From assembly GCA_964651515.1 (NCBI GenBank), contig CAZYYB010000001.1, positions 15,068-79,067 on the forward strand: a stretch of 64,000 nucleotides of DNA, written 5' to 3'. This DNA comes from an uncultured Fibrobacteraceae bacterium. GTDB taxonomy: Bacteria > Fibrobacterota > Chitinivibrionia > Chitinivibrionales > Chitinispirillaceae. The position numbers were made by a program, and so were the translations under genes. Within the stretch, counting starts at the first letter, position 1; every line of letters begins with the position of its first letter. Positions 35,700 to 45,241 of the stretch are shown one piece after another. Under the pieces are notes generated by a model. The model did no database searches and was not told the origin of the DNA. It worked only from the letters and a program-made list of their open reading frames with translations.

Positions 35700-36770
35700 A
35701 TGAGCATGAGTGAAGAAGAACCCAGAACCGATGAGATCCCCGCCGTGGAGGGAGCGCCGGAGGAGGAGCCCGGAACGCCGAAGCCCGCTCCCGTCGAGAA
35801 CCTGCGTATCCTCGAAGCGCTTATCTTCGCCTCGGATGAATTTCTTACCGCGGCACGCCTCAAGGCGATCCTGCCGGGCAACCCCGGCGGCCGGGAAATT
35901 ACCTCGATGATCGCAAAAATCAACCGGCAGCTTCAGAAGGAGCGCCACCCCTTCGAAATCGTGGAGGTCGGCGGCGGCTACCAGTTCAAGACCGTAGCCT
36001 ACTACCATCCCTGGGTGCGGCAGATCTTCCAGGAGAAGGCGGCGAAGCGGCTCTCGATACAGGCACTCGAGTGTCTCTCCATCATCGCCTATCGCCAGCC
36101 CCTGAGCAAGGCCGAAATCGAAGCCATCCGCGGCGTCATTTCCGACGGCGCCATGAAAACACTCCTCGAAAAACGGCTGATCACCATCACCGGCCGAAGC
36201 GACAAGCCGGGCCGGCCGCTCCTGTACGGCACGACCCCGGATTTCCTCCGGTACTTCGGCCTGAACAGGATTGCCGATCTTCCGAATATTGAGGAGTTCG
36301 AGGCCATGGTTCGCCAGAAGATCGAGAATCTGCCCATCGACGAGCTTGCGGCGGCCCAGGCCGGCGCGCTTGCGCAATCGGAATCGCCCCTCGCCGAAGG
36401 AGCGGGAACGGATGTGGAGGCATTTGAGCGGCGGAAGCGCGGGGAGGATGGGGGTTCGCAGCCCGACGAAGCGATCGATGCCGCCGCTGGCGGGGGTTCG
36501 GACGAGGGTTGGGCATGGCTGAACGGTGAGAGCGACCCGGCCGAAGAAAATACCTCTGCCGGCGTGAGCGAACTTCTGCCGGAAGAGGCGGCATCCGTCG
36601 ATGCCGGTGAGGCAATTTCCGACGTTTCGAATCGAGGCGAACCGGTCGAAGAAGTCGGCGAGGAGCCGGTGGAAGTGGAGGAGGTTTCGACCGTCGATGA
36701 GCGAGAGATAGAGGTGTCGGATGCCGCTTCGGTGGAGATCGAGATAAAGAAGCCGGCAGAGGAAGATTAA
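35700..36770 (+). CDS. scpB: Segregation and condensation protein B with long acidic C-terminal extension
   Basis: ILEALIFASDEFLT, ALECLSIIAYRQPLSKAEIEAIRGV, then ~140 aa of Glu/Asp-rich tail. Confidence 0.85.
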   Translation: MSMSEEEPRTDEIPAVEGAPEEEPGTPKPAPVENLRILEALIFASDEFLTAARLKAILPGNPGGREITSMIAKINRQLQKERHPFEIVEVGGGYQFKTVAYYHPWVRQIFQEKAAKRLSIQALECLSIIAYRQPLSKAEIEAIRGVISDGAMKTLLEKRLITITGRSDKPGRPLLYGTTPDFLRYFGLNRIADLPNIEEFEAMVRQKIENLPIDELAAAQAGALAQSESPLAEGAGTDVEAFERRKRGEDGGSQPDEAIDAAAGGGSDEGWAWLNGESDPAEENTSAGVSELLPEEAASVDAGEAISDVSNRGEPVEEVGEEPVEVEEVSTVDEREIEVSDAASVEIEIKKPAEED

Positions 36771-36777
36771 TGCTTCA

Positions 36778-36803
36778 GGTGGGGGAACCTCGCAACGCTC
36801 ACC
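36778..36803. repeat. Copy of dispersed element module A (TCAGGTGGGGGAACCTCGC...)
   Basis: 19/20 identity to 46885-46904. Confidence 0.5.
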
Positions 36804-36868
36804 TAAGGTAGAAAAAACGGGAAAAGATGGAGAGTAAAGATCTCTCTAATTCTACCAAATTCCATTCC

Positions 36869-38554
36869 CTACCTTACCACCGTCGCCGAGCCCGTTTCCG
36901 CGCCTGCGCGATCGTAGAGCACCGCCCGGTAGACGCCGCGGCCCAGCGCATTCGCACCGTCCCATGCGCATCGACCGCCGTTCGACACCGACAGCGACCG
37001 CATGAGGCGGCCCTGTAAATTGTAAATCACGAGCGCGACGGCCGGACCCTTCCAGGTGAATACGAACCGTCCGTCGGGCAAATGCTGCACCGTCAGGCCG
37101 TATCCGGTCGTCCCGGTGCGCGCCCCCGCCGGAAGAGTCGCGGTCGCCCCGTTTTTGCGCACCTTGACCTCGAAGATGCCGACCGTGCTGTCGAGGGTGG
37201 TGTCTCGTTTGCAGGAGGAGCTGTCGATCGTGATCCGCAGGTAGCGCGCCGTGACGGCATCGCTGTCGATCACGGGGGAGACCCGTGCGGTATTGTGCGT
37301 ACGGTCGGCGTAGAGGTACCAGGTGAGGCTGTCGGTCGAGTACTGGATCTGGTAGCAGTAGTACTCGGTCGGGTATTCGAAAAAGGTTTCCACGCGGGAG
37401 ATCGGATAGCTCTGCCCGAGGTTGATGACGAGCCACTGCGGGAAAGCGGTGGTCGCCGCCTTCCAGAGCGTGCCGTTATTCTCGTCGGTCACCCGCTTCG
37501 CCGAAAAGTTCGTGTCCATGGCGGAGGAAACCGTGACCGTCTTCCCGCGCGCGACATTCGAATCGGCCACCGACACGGCCGCGAGAGCGCCGATGCCGGT
37601 ATTCGTGGGCGTTATCGCGGCGATGGTGCCGTTCGCATTGAAGGTCATGCGGTCGGCGCAGATCTGGCGGAACAGGGCGTTGTTGATCTGCGGGTAGCGC
37701 ATCCGGTGGTAGACGATATAGTAATTCGTGTCGAGCTTCAGCACCGTGTTGCCGCCGGTCGCTATGATGTTGCTGCCCGAGGCGGATTGCAGGATCTCGC
37801 TGCCGAGCGTGTAGGTTCCGAGGATGCCGGTCGTGCTGTAGGCATATTTGACATTATAGGAACCGGCAAGGCTCCCCTGCGAAAAGGTGCAGTAGTAGAT
37901 GCCGTTGCGTTTGAAAAGGCTGGGGCCTTCGGCGAGGCTGGTGCCGCTTGCGTAGATGGTCGTCGGGCTTCCGGAGAGGGTGTCCATGGAGGTATCGAGC
38001 TTCGACACGACGATCGTATAGTCGCTGCCGCTGTGGATCTGGTAGTCGACGTAGTAGGTTCCGTCGGTGTCCCGGAAAACGTCGGTATCGAACATGTTCG
38101 GCCCCACCTGCGCGCCGTTCTTCACATTCGACCATGGCCCGAGCGGCGACGGTGCGGTGGCGAGGTAGCAGTAGTTGCCGCTGCGGATGTAGTACATGTA
38201 GTACAGGCCGTTCGCGCCCTTCGTGACGCTCGGCGCCCAGAGCCGGTCGTCCTGGTAGGGGAAGCCGGCCGGATAGGAAAACGTCCGGAACTGCCAATTG
38301 ACAAAATCGGAAGAGTACCAGACGCCGAAGGGGCCGAAATGGGTGAAACTCGCGCCGGTGCCGGAGAGCGGATCGTAGCCGTCGGTGGTCGAGTAGATGT
38401 AGAAAGTGGCGCCGTCCTGAAAAATGTCCGGATCCGCAAAGTAGCCCGGCAGAAGCGGGTTGCCGTTGCCGGCGTCCCAGATCCCGGCGTAGGCGGAGCA
38501 CAGGATAACCGGGAGCGTGAGGAGCAGCAGTATTCCGATGAATGGCCGGTGCAT
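36869..38554 (-). CDS. Secreted GH43 glycosidase + discoidin/CBM32-like domain + C-terminal sorting-type domain
   Basis: GNPLLPGYFADPDIF..ATFYIYSTTDG (GH43). NVARGKTVTVSS...FPQWLVINLG (F5/8-C type). C-terminal ..IYNLQGRLM....GVYRAVL is T9SS/FlgD-Ig-like. Confidence 0.8.
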   Translation of the reverse strand: MHRPFIGILLLLTLPVILCSAYAGIWDAGNGNPLLPGYFADPDIFQDGATFYIYSTTDGYDPLSGTGASFTHFGPFGVWYSSDFVNWQFRTFSYPAGFPYQDDRLWAPSVTKGANGLYYMYYIRSGNYCYLATAPSPLGPWSNVKNGAQVGPNMFDTDVFRDTDGTYYVDYQIHSGSDYTIVVSKLDTSMDTLSGSPTTIYASGTSLAEGPSLFKRNGIYYCTFSQGSLAGSYNVKYAYSTTGILGTYTLGSEILQSASGSNIIATGGNTVLKLDTNYYIVYHRMRYPQINNALFRQICADRMTFNANGTIAAITPTNTGIGALAAVSVADSNVARGKTVTVSSAMDTNFSAKRVTDENNGTLWKAATTAFPQWLVINLGQSYPISRVETFFEYPTEYYCYQIQYSTDSLTWYLYADRTHNTARVSPVIDSDAVTARYLRITIDSSSCKRDTTLDSTVGIFEVKVRKNGATATLPAGARTGTTGYGLTVQHLPDGRFVFTWKGPAVALVIYNLQGRLMRSLSVSNGGRCAWDGANALGRGVYRAVLYDRAGAETGSATVVR

Positions 38555-38753
38555 TCGTTGTTTCCCTTCCTAATAAGGAGAGTACCGGAGAGGCGAACCG
38601 TGAGCCGCCGGGATCCGCGTTCTCCATAATATATAAATTTCCTGTCATGAAACCCAACGCGGGATCGGCCGGTGCCATTTTCTCATTGTAATGATCGCCC
38701 GGATAGTATAAAATGGAAGGTGTAGAGATGCACCTCAAGCTGAAACGAAAGGG

Positions 38754-39059
38754 ATGACCATGTCGAAGCAGAATTGCTGGGAATTTAAGAAATGCGGCCG
38801 GGAGCCGGGCGGCGCCAAGGTAGCCGAACTCGGGATCTGTCCCGCCGCACAGGAACCGAGAACCAACGGTCTCAACTCCGGAAAAAACGGGGGCCGGGCC
38901 TGCTGGGCGCTTGCCGGAACCTTCTGCGGCGGGAAGGTCCAGGGAGCCTTTGCAGAAAAACTTACCAACTGCATGCAGTGCGAATTTTACAAGATAGTCC
39001 AGAACGAAGAAGGTAATTCCATGACCGGATCGAGGGAGATTCTCGCCCGGGTGAAGTAG
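38754..39059 (+). CDS. Small Cys-rich protein with duplicated CW motif (two-CW-domain-like)
   Basis: 101 aa. NCWEFKKCGREPGG ... GRACWALAGTFCGG ... CMQCEFY. I recall this pattern as the two-CW domain; function unknown. Confidence 0.6.
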   Translation: MTMSKQNCWEFKKCGREPGGAKVAELGICPAAQEPRTNGLNSGKNGGRACWALAGTFCGGKVQGAFAEKLTNCMQCEFYKIVQNEEGNSMTGSREILARVK

Positions 39060-39208
39060 TTACCCGATTTCATCGTTTTCCCTAAATGCAGGGCGACTTT
39101 CCGGGAAGCTGGAATATTCCACCTCGGGTCGCCCCCCGCCACCTTTTATATTTAGTAGCAATTACTATCCATCAAATTCCTTCATTTTCGTCCTCCGGCG
39201 CCGATGCA

Positions 39209-41392
39209 ATGGTTTTCAGAATCGCAACCAGCCGAGCCCTCCTCCCGCTCCTGCTTTTTTTCTCTCTTCCGGGTGCACAGCAGACCTTGCCGGGGGGGCC
39301 GATCATTAACTGGAACGGTACCGACGCCTTCCGCGAGCTCACCTACCCGCGGATCATCGACAGCCTGCTGAAGCATCCTGCCGGCCCGGACACCGCTTCC
39401 TGGTATTTCCAGCTCGGCACCGCCTACCTGCTGTCCGGCGATCCGGATCGGGCACTGCCGTGCTTCGCCGGGCCGCCGCTTCGCGATGCCGCGCTGCTGC
39501 CGTTCGCCTGGGAGGGGCTCGGGGACTGCTGTACCAGAAAAATGCGGTACGACAGCGCGATCGCCTGTTACGAGCAGGTCATCGCCATGCAGCTTCCCTT
39601 CCGTTACCGGGCGACCATCTATCGTAAAATCCGCGACATCGTGCTCGACGATACCGCACGGATCCGCACCGATTCGCTGCGCCGGCAGTACTCCCGGTGG
39701 TGGAATTCGCACCGGCCCGCGCCCCTGGATCCGGTCTGCGGCAGGATCGATACGCTTGTCCGGCACGGTGAATGGCCACAGGTCAATCACCTGGTGCTCA
39801 GCACGCTTACCGCCCTCGACGATACCGCCCAGGGAGCCATCGTCAAAAGCATCGAGGAGGGAAACCCTCCCGTTTCCGCGCTCACGACGCAGTGTTTCTT
39901 CCTCCTCGCCCGGATTGCAACCGATTGCCGCCGGTATGCCGTTGCCGAGCGTATGCTTGCCGCGGCGAATGACCGGAAGGATTTCGGAAAAGTGATCGGG
40001 AAGCAGAAGTACCTCAGGTTCCGGGGCAGACTCTCCTTCTGCGAGGGGAAGAACGAAGAGGCGATCGAATCGCTCACCGGGTATATCCATCGCTACCGCT
40101 ATGAGGCGGATATCGGATTTCTCGTGGCGCGCGCATACAAGATGCTCGACGATCTCGATAGTGCCGCGGTATGGTACGACCGGTTCATCGAGGAGTCGCC
40201 GCATTACGGCGGACTGGCCGAAATCCTCTGGCGGCGTGCCTGGATCGAGGTGGAACGGAACGATCCCGATGCCGCCGCCCGGTTTTTCCGGAAAATTTAC
40301 CAGTCGTATCCCCGGTCGCTTCACGCCGACGAGGCGGTCCTGCGTCACGCCCTGTGCAACTTCGAGGAGCAGAAGTACGATTCCGCGATCGGCCGGCTGA
40401 CGCTCCTGCAGGGCAGGCGCTCCCCGTCCCCGATCCTGCCGGCCGCTCTCTTCTGGCAGGCAAAGGCCTGGCTCAGGCTCGACAGCATCGAGAGAGCGAG
40501 GACGGCATTCGCCGAGGCGATTGCGGCCGATCCCTACGACTACTATGCCTGCCGTTCCCGTGAACTGCTCGCCGGGCTTCACGATTCGACGCATAATCGA
40601 TTTCCGGTTGATACGGTGTCGGACACCGGTCGCGTCATCGGCTGGCTCGACTCGCTCTGCCCTCCCTGCGGGCGGACGCTCTCCTTCGAGGACAGTGTCA
40701 ATCTCCGGCGTGCGATCGTCAGCGCATCGGTCGGCAGGATCTTCGATGCGGAGAGTTTTTTCGAGCCGGTCGAACAGGCCTTGAAGGGGAGCCCTTCGCT
40801 GGTTTTCCGCATGGCGCGACTCTATCAGTCGGTCGGCGCCGCAACGCAGGGGGTAAGGGCCGGTCGCAGGATCCTGTCCCGGCTGCCCGCGGACGGGAAG
40901 CAAAACCTTCCGCTTTCCGCCCGGCTGCTCCTCTTCCCGCAGCCCTGGGCCCGGACCGTTAAAGCAGAAGCGCAGAGGTGGAACCTGGACCCGAGTTTTA
41001 CCTATGCGGTTATTCGCCAGGAGAGCGTTTTCGATCCCGAGGTCGTGTCGCCCGCAGGGGCGATCGGCCTGATGCAGATCATGCCGGCAACGGGGAAGAC
41101 CATCGCCCGCGAACTCGGCGAGCCCTTCTCGGTCGAGGCCCTCTATTCGCCGGAGGGAAATATCCGCTTCGGCACCTACTATCTGCACAAGCTTCTGAAG
41201 GAATTTGACGACAGCCGCGAATTTACCCTTGCCGGATACAACGGAGGCCCGCCGAATGCGAAGGAGTGGCGGGAGCGGGCCAGGGATAAGGACCCGGATC
41301 TGGGGGTGGAGGGGATCGTTTTTTCCGAAACGAGGAATTATGTCAAGAAGGTGATGGCCAACTTCTGGATTTACTCGCAATTCATGCACTGA
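39209..41392 (+). CDS. Soluble lytic murein transglycosylase (TPR-like superhelix + SLT/GH23 domain)
   Basis: Signal MVFRIATSRALLPLLLFFSLPGAQQ. Catalytic region AVIRQESVFDPEVVSPAGAIGLMQIMPATG. Confidence 0.85.
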   Translation: MVFRIATSRALLPLLLFFSLPGAQQTLPGGPIINWNGTDAFRELTYPRIIDSLLKHPAGPDTASWYFQLGTAYLLSGDPDRALPCFAGPPLRDAALLPFAWEGLGDCCTRKMRYDSAIACYEQVIAMQLPFRYRATIYRKIRDIVLDDTARIRTDSLRRQYSRWWNSHRPAPLDPVCGRIDTLVRHGEWPQVNHLVLSTLTALDDTAQGAIVKSIEEGNPPVSALTTQCFFLLARIATDCRRYAVAERMLAAANDRKDFGKVIGKQKYLRFRGRLSFCEGKNEEAIESLTGYIHRYRYEADIGFLVARAYKMLDDLDSAAVWYDRFIEESPHYGGLAEILWRRAWIEVERNDPDAAARFFRKIYQSYPRSLHADEAVLRHALCNFEEQKYDSAIGRLTLLQGRRSPSPILPAALFWQAKAWLRLDSIERARTAFAEAIAADPYDYYACRSRELLAGLHDSTHNRFPVDTVSDTGRVIGWLDSLCPPCGRTLSFEDSVNLRRAIVSASVGRIFDAESFFEPVEQALKGSPSLVFRMARLYQSVGAATQGVRAGRRILSRLPADGKQNLPLSARLLLFPQPWARTVKAEAQRWNLDPSFTYAVIRQESVFDPEVVSPAGAIGLMQIMPATGKTIARELGEPFSVEALYSPEGNIRFGTYYLHKLLKEFDDSREFTLAGYNGGPPNAKEWRERARDKDPDLGVEGIVFSETRNYVKKVMANFWIYSQFMH

Positions 41393-41489
41393 CGACTCGA
41401 ATGCCCCGCACGGATTGGCACCATATTTGTTGCACTTTTGTGTTTATGCCTCGTATTTTTTCATCGGCAAGGTGCCGAGGAGATACTCT

Positions 41490-42464
41490 ATGAAACGGTT
41501 GTTGATCCCTGCAATTATGGCCGTATGCGTCCTGAGGGCTTCATCCCTGACCCCGGACACCGGAGCTCATTCCGATTCCACGGGCACCGCATCGGCGACG
41601 CACTATCGGCTGTATACCGCCGGCGGACCGGTCCTCGCTTTCGACGTTCAGGCGGATGTCATCTGGTGCGCCCTGGAGTCGTCGGTTATCGCCATTCCCC
41701 TGAATGGCGAGAAAAAAACGGCTTACCCCGCGCTCGGGACGATGCCGGCGCAGTCGATCGAGGCGATCGCCGCCGACCGGCAGGGGAGAATTTGGTTCGG
41801 CGGGCCCCAGGGGATCGCCATGAAGAACGGGCCGAAATTCACCGATTTCACGACCAAGAGCGGTCTGTCGGGCAACCGGGTCAACGCTATTGCCGCAGCC
41901 GACGACGGCTCGGTATGGGTCGGGACCGACAGCGGCGCCTGCGTGTTCATCGGCGAGACCTGGAAACAGTTTACCGTTAAGGATGGGCTGGTCTCGGACA
42001 GGATACAGGCCATTGCGGTCGACGACAAGGGGAGGGTGTGGTTCGGTACCGATAAGGGAATAAGCGTGTTCAACGGCGCCACCTGGACCAGCTATACCAC
42101 CCAGAACGGCATGAGCGATAACGACGATACCCGGGCGCTCGCCTATGATCGCAATAAGGGCGTGCTGTGGGCTGCGGTCGGGGACAAGGATGTCAATACG
42201 TTCGACGGCCAGAAATGGAATATCTACATGGATACGCAGGCCGGGATCCGGACCATCATGGTGGACTCGCAGAGCAGGATCTGGTTTGGCTTCGGCACCG
42301 GGAAGGGGATCCTGAAATTCAACGGCGACGACTGGCTGCCCGATCCGACACCGTTCGGGGTCCCGATAAGCCAGACGTACCAAATGCGCTGCGACGAAAA
42401 AGGAAACCTGTGGTTTGCCACCGACCAGGGGGTCATCCACCTGGTCAACCCGTATCCGTTTTAA
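41490..42464 (+). CDS. Secreted beta-propeller protein (two-component-regulator-propeller type repeats)
   Basis: SD GAGGAG, signal MKRLLIPAIMAVCVLRASS. Repeated ..G.VW.GT..G...F.G..W..YT..(N/D)GL motifs. Confidence 0.7.
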   Translation: MKRLLIPAIMAVCVLRASSLTPDTGAHSDSTGTASATHYRLYTAGGPVLAFDVQADVIWCALESSVIAIPLNGEKKTAYPALGTMPAQSIEAIAADRQGRIWFGGPQGIAMKNGPKFTDFTTKSGLSGNRVNAIAAADDGSVWVGTDSGACVFIGETWKQFTVKDGLVSDRIQAIAVDDKGRVWFGTDKGISVFNGATWTSYTTQNGMSDNDDTRALAYDRNKGVLWAAVGDKDVNTFDGQKWNIYMDTQAGIRTIMVDSQSRIWFGFGTGKGILKFNGDDWLPDPTPFGVPISQTYQMRCDEKGNLWFATDQGVIHLVNPYPF

Positions 42465-42647
42465 CCGGGCCGGGGTTGACTTTGACCCCCTGAATTGAGT
42501 AGTTTAAAATTCCTACGCTCCTTCATCATCACCGGCGGAGTGCATACACAGAGAGACTGAACCACCATTGCATCATGCGGTTACGGAGATGGTTACGGGG
42601 GGGCTTGCAGGCGGCCCGGCGGCAATCGCGTGAGGTTGAAGGGAAGC

Positions 42648-43778
42648 ATGGATACAATCCGGATTGCCGTTATCGGTTTAGGAAACTGCGCAAGTTCACT
42701 CCTGCAGGGGATCGAATACTACCGCCATAAAAAACCGGCCGAGGCGACCGGCCTCATGCACTGGGAGATCGGCGGTTTCACCCCCGCCGACATCGAGGTG
42801 GTCGCGGCGTTCGATATCGACCGGCGAAAGGTCGGGCGCGATGTCAACGAAGCCATTTTCGCGAAACCCAACTGCACCGCGGTCTTCTGCCCGTCCATGC
42901 CGGTTGCCGGCGTCGTTGTGCGCATGGGGAGCGTGCTCGACGGCGTCGCCGACCATATGAAGGAGTACGAAGAGGACTACTCCTTTGCCGTGGCGCGGGA
43001 GCGTGAGCCGTCGCGCGACGAGGTGGTCGCGCATCTCCGGGAAGCGGGCGCCGAAATTCTCCTGAACTATCTGCCGGTGGGTTCCGAGGCCGCCACCGCG
43101 TTCTACGCCGAGGCGGCGCTCGAAGCGGGGATAGCCTTCGTCAACAATATGCCGGTGTTCATCGCCAGCAACCCTGCCTGGGAGGCGCGCTTCAAGGAAC
43201 GGGGGGTACCGGTCATCGGCGACGATATCAAGGCCCAGCTCGGGGCCACCATCACCCACCGCGCCCTCACGGACCTCTTCAAAAAACGTGGTGTCAAGCT
43301 CGAACGCACCTACCAGCTCAATACCGGCGGGAACACCGACTTCCTCAACATGCTGAACCGCAGCCGCCTCAAGTCCAAAAAAGAGTCCAAGACCGAGGCG
43401 GTCCAGTCGGTCGCCGCGACGCGGCTGAACAAGCGGGATATTCACGTCGGTCCCTCGGACTACGTCCCCTGGCAGAACGACCAGAAGGTCTGCTTCATCC
43501 GCATGGAGGGAAGGCTCTTCGGCGACGTGCCCATGAACCTCGAGCTGCGGCTGTCGGTCGAGGATTCCCCGAACTCCGCGGGCGTCGCGATCGATGCGAT
43601 CCGCTGTGCAAAGCTTGCGCTCGATGCCGGCCTCGGCGGCGCGATCGCCGGCCCCTCTTCCTACTTCTGCAAACACCCGCCGCGTCAATACCCCGACGAT
43701 GAGGCGTACCGCAAGACCGAGGAGTTCATCAAGCAATACGGCGTGACGCGGACGGAAGCGGTGAAGGTGCCGGTGTAA
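42648..43778 (+). CDS. ino1: myo-Inositol-1-phosphate (inositol-3-phosphate) synthase
   Basis: IRIAVIGLGNCASSLLQGIEYY, LNTGGNTDFLNML, SKKESKTEAV. Alternative GTG start at 42630. Confidence 0.88.
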   Translation: MDTIRIAVIGLGNCASSLLQGIEYYRHKKPAEATGLMHWEIGGFTPADIEVVAAFDIDRRKVGRDVNEAIFAKPNCTAVFCPSMPVAGVVVRMGSVLDGVADHMKEYEEDYSFAVAREREPSRDEVVAHLREAGAEILLNYLPVGSEAATAFYAEAALEAGIAFVNNMPVFIASNPAWEARFKERGVPVIGDDIKAQLGATITHRALTDLFKKRGVKLERTYQLNTGGNTDFLNMLNRSRLKSKKESKTEAVQSVAATRLNKRDIHVGPSDYVPWQNDQKVCFIRMEGRLFGDVPMNLELRLSVEDSPNSAGVAIDAIRCAKLALDAGLGGAIAGPSSYFCKHPPRQYPDDEAYRKTEEFIKQYGVTRTEAVKVPV

Positions 43779-43804
43779 TAGGATTATCTCCCGTTGAAGT
43801 TTTT

Positions 43805-43872
43805 GGTGGGGGCTCCTCGCTTCGCGGGCTCCCCTGGTCGAAGCCGCGCAAAGCCGCGTCTCCCCGACCACC
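43805..43872. repeat. Dispersed intergenic element, modules A+B contiguous
   Basis: GGTGGGGGCTCCTCGCTTCGCGGGCTCCCCTGGTCGAAGCCGCGCAAAGCCGCGTCTCCCCGACCACC. Related copies at 46888-47008 and 48228-48290. Confidence 0.6.
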
Positions 43873-44079
43873 CCTTCCGGCGGAAGTCCGCAGCGATGCC
43901 CGCCCGCGGCGACCATGGGGCGTACCCGGTGGGCGATCGGCCATTCGGCAGAAGAAATCGACCTTTTAAAAACTACCGGAGTAACCTTATCAAATGATTA
44001 AGAAATGGATAAGCCCCTTTCGCATCGAAAATCATTTATTTTATGATGTAAGAACGATGTTCTTACAAAGGAGCCGGGC

Positions 44080-44286
44080 ATGATCAAGCATCTTCAAAAA
44101 GTCGGCAATAGCCGGGGAATTGTTCTCGATAAACCTATCCTTGAACTGCTGAAGATTGAGGATAATGCGGCATTTGAGATCACCCAGGAAAAGGGCGGGC
44201 TATTTTTAAAGCCGTTGTCTGCTGCCGAGGCTTACCGGAAGATTTCGCAGAAGCACCGCAAGTCATTGAATAAACTTTCAAAATGA
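44080..44286 (+). CDS. AbrB/MazE/SpoVT-family antitoxin
   Basis: 68 aa. MIKHLQKVGNSRGIVLDKPILELL. Its stop overlaps the start of the downstream doc remnant. Confidence 0.8.
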   Translation: MIKHLQKVGNSRGIVLDKPILELLKIEDNAAFEITQEKGGLFLKPLSAAEAYRKISQKHRKSLNKLSK

Positions 44287-44485
44287 TGAACGATCCCCGG
44301 TTCCTGGACGTTTCCGAGGTCATTGCCATACACGATCAGGAAATCGCGGTCGCCGGGGGTATGGATTTGAAATTGATGAGCGCTACGATGTGGACCTTGC
44401 CGATACAATCCTCGTCCTCGTTGCCCGGAAAATCACCAAATCCGATTTTGTGCAGCACCTGAAATCCCGCAGCCGGGAGATCTGA
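44283..44485 (+). pseudogene. Decayed doc (death-on-curing, Fic-fold) toxin gene
   Basis: N-terminus MMNDPRFLDVSEVIAIHDQEIAVAGG is Doc-like. The central Fic motif region is missing. A Doc-like C-terminus (FEIDERYDVDLADTILVLVARKITKSDFVQHL) lies in another frame. Confidence 0.6.
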
Positions 44486-44554
44486 CCGGCACAGGAGTTG
44501 CGGTTAATCATCCCTCGATGAGCTGGAAACCCTTACCGCTTCAGGAGGTTCGAT

Positions 44555-45067
44555 ATGCCCCGACGATATATCCTTCCCCTGTTCGCCATTTTTGCGATGT
44601 ATGCCCCTTTTTCAGCCGGAGGATCCGCCATGACCCTGAAAGTCGGTGATAAGGCGCCCGAGTTCGCCCTCCTGAACTCGATGGGCGATACCGTTCGTTT
44701 GAGCGACTATGCCGGAAAGAATTACGTGGTCCTGATCTTCTATCCCGGCGACGAAACGCCGGGGTGCACGAAACAGCTCTGCGCGGTGCGTGACGACTTT
44801 GCCGATTTCGAGGCGAAGCAGGTCAAGGTCTTCGGCATCAACCCGGCCGACACCGCCTCGCACCGGAAGTTCGCCGAACACCACGGGTTCCCGTTTCCGC
44901 TCCTCGTGGATCCGCACCACGAGACCGCGAAGGCCTACGGATGCGAGGGCCTGCTTTTCGTGAAGCGGACGGTATTCGTTATCGATCCGTCGGGCGTGAT
45001 CGTCTACCTGAAGCAGGGTATGCCGCCGGACGCCGAGATCCTGCAGGCGATTCCGGAGGCGAAATAA
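44555..45067 (+). CDS. bcp: Thiol peroxidase / peroxiredoxin Bcp with signal peptide
   Basis: LKVGDKAPEFAL..., VLIFYPGDETPGCTKQLC, HGFPFPLLVD. Confidence 0.9.
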   Translation: MPRRYILPLFAIFAMYAPFSAGGSAMTLKVGDKAPEFALLNSMGDTVRLSDYAGKNYVVLIFYPGDETPGCTKQLCAVRDDFADFEAKQVKVFGINPADTASHRKFAEHHGFPFPLLVDPHHETAKAYGCEGLLFVKRTVFVIDPSGVIVYLKQGMPPDAEILQAIPEAK

Positions 45068-45108
45068 GGGCGCATCGTCCCGTTCGCACGCTTCACGGGG
45101 TAGTTTTT

Positions 45109-45148
45109 CCCTTCTCCACGGGCGGAGAGAAGGCGACGGGGTGAGGCG
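45109..45148. repeat. Inverted copy of the CCGCCTCACCCC...hairpin element
   Basis: The reverse complement CCGCCTCACCCCGTCGCCTTCTCTCCGCCCGTGGAGAAGG aligns with 2871-2911. Confidence 0.5.
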
Positions 45149-45241
45149 GGGCTTTTAGTTGCGGGCACAACGCGCCGAAAACGCAGTATTTTACCATCAC
45201 GTATGCGCGCCCGTAGCCGTCAAGAGTTCAACCCCTTCCGG

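Noticed and set aside
39182-41389. Very long antisense ORFs, e.g. 735 aa opposite slt, 323 aa at 25386-26357, 357 aa at 21859-22932, 376 aa at 53812-54942 and 515 aa at 37082-38629.
   Set aside because: These are typical stop-poor shadow frames of high-GC coding DNA. The opposite strand carries clearly recognisable protein families, and the shadow ORFs have Arg/Gly/Pro-rich composition.
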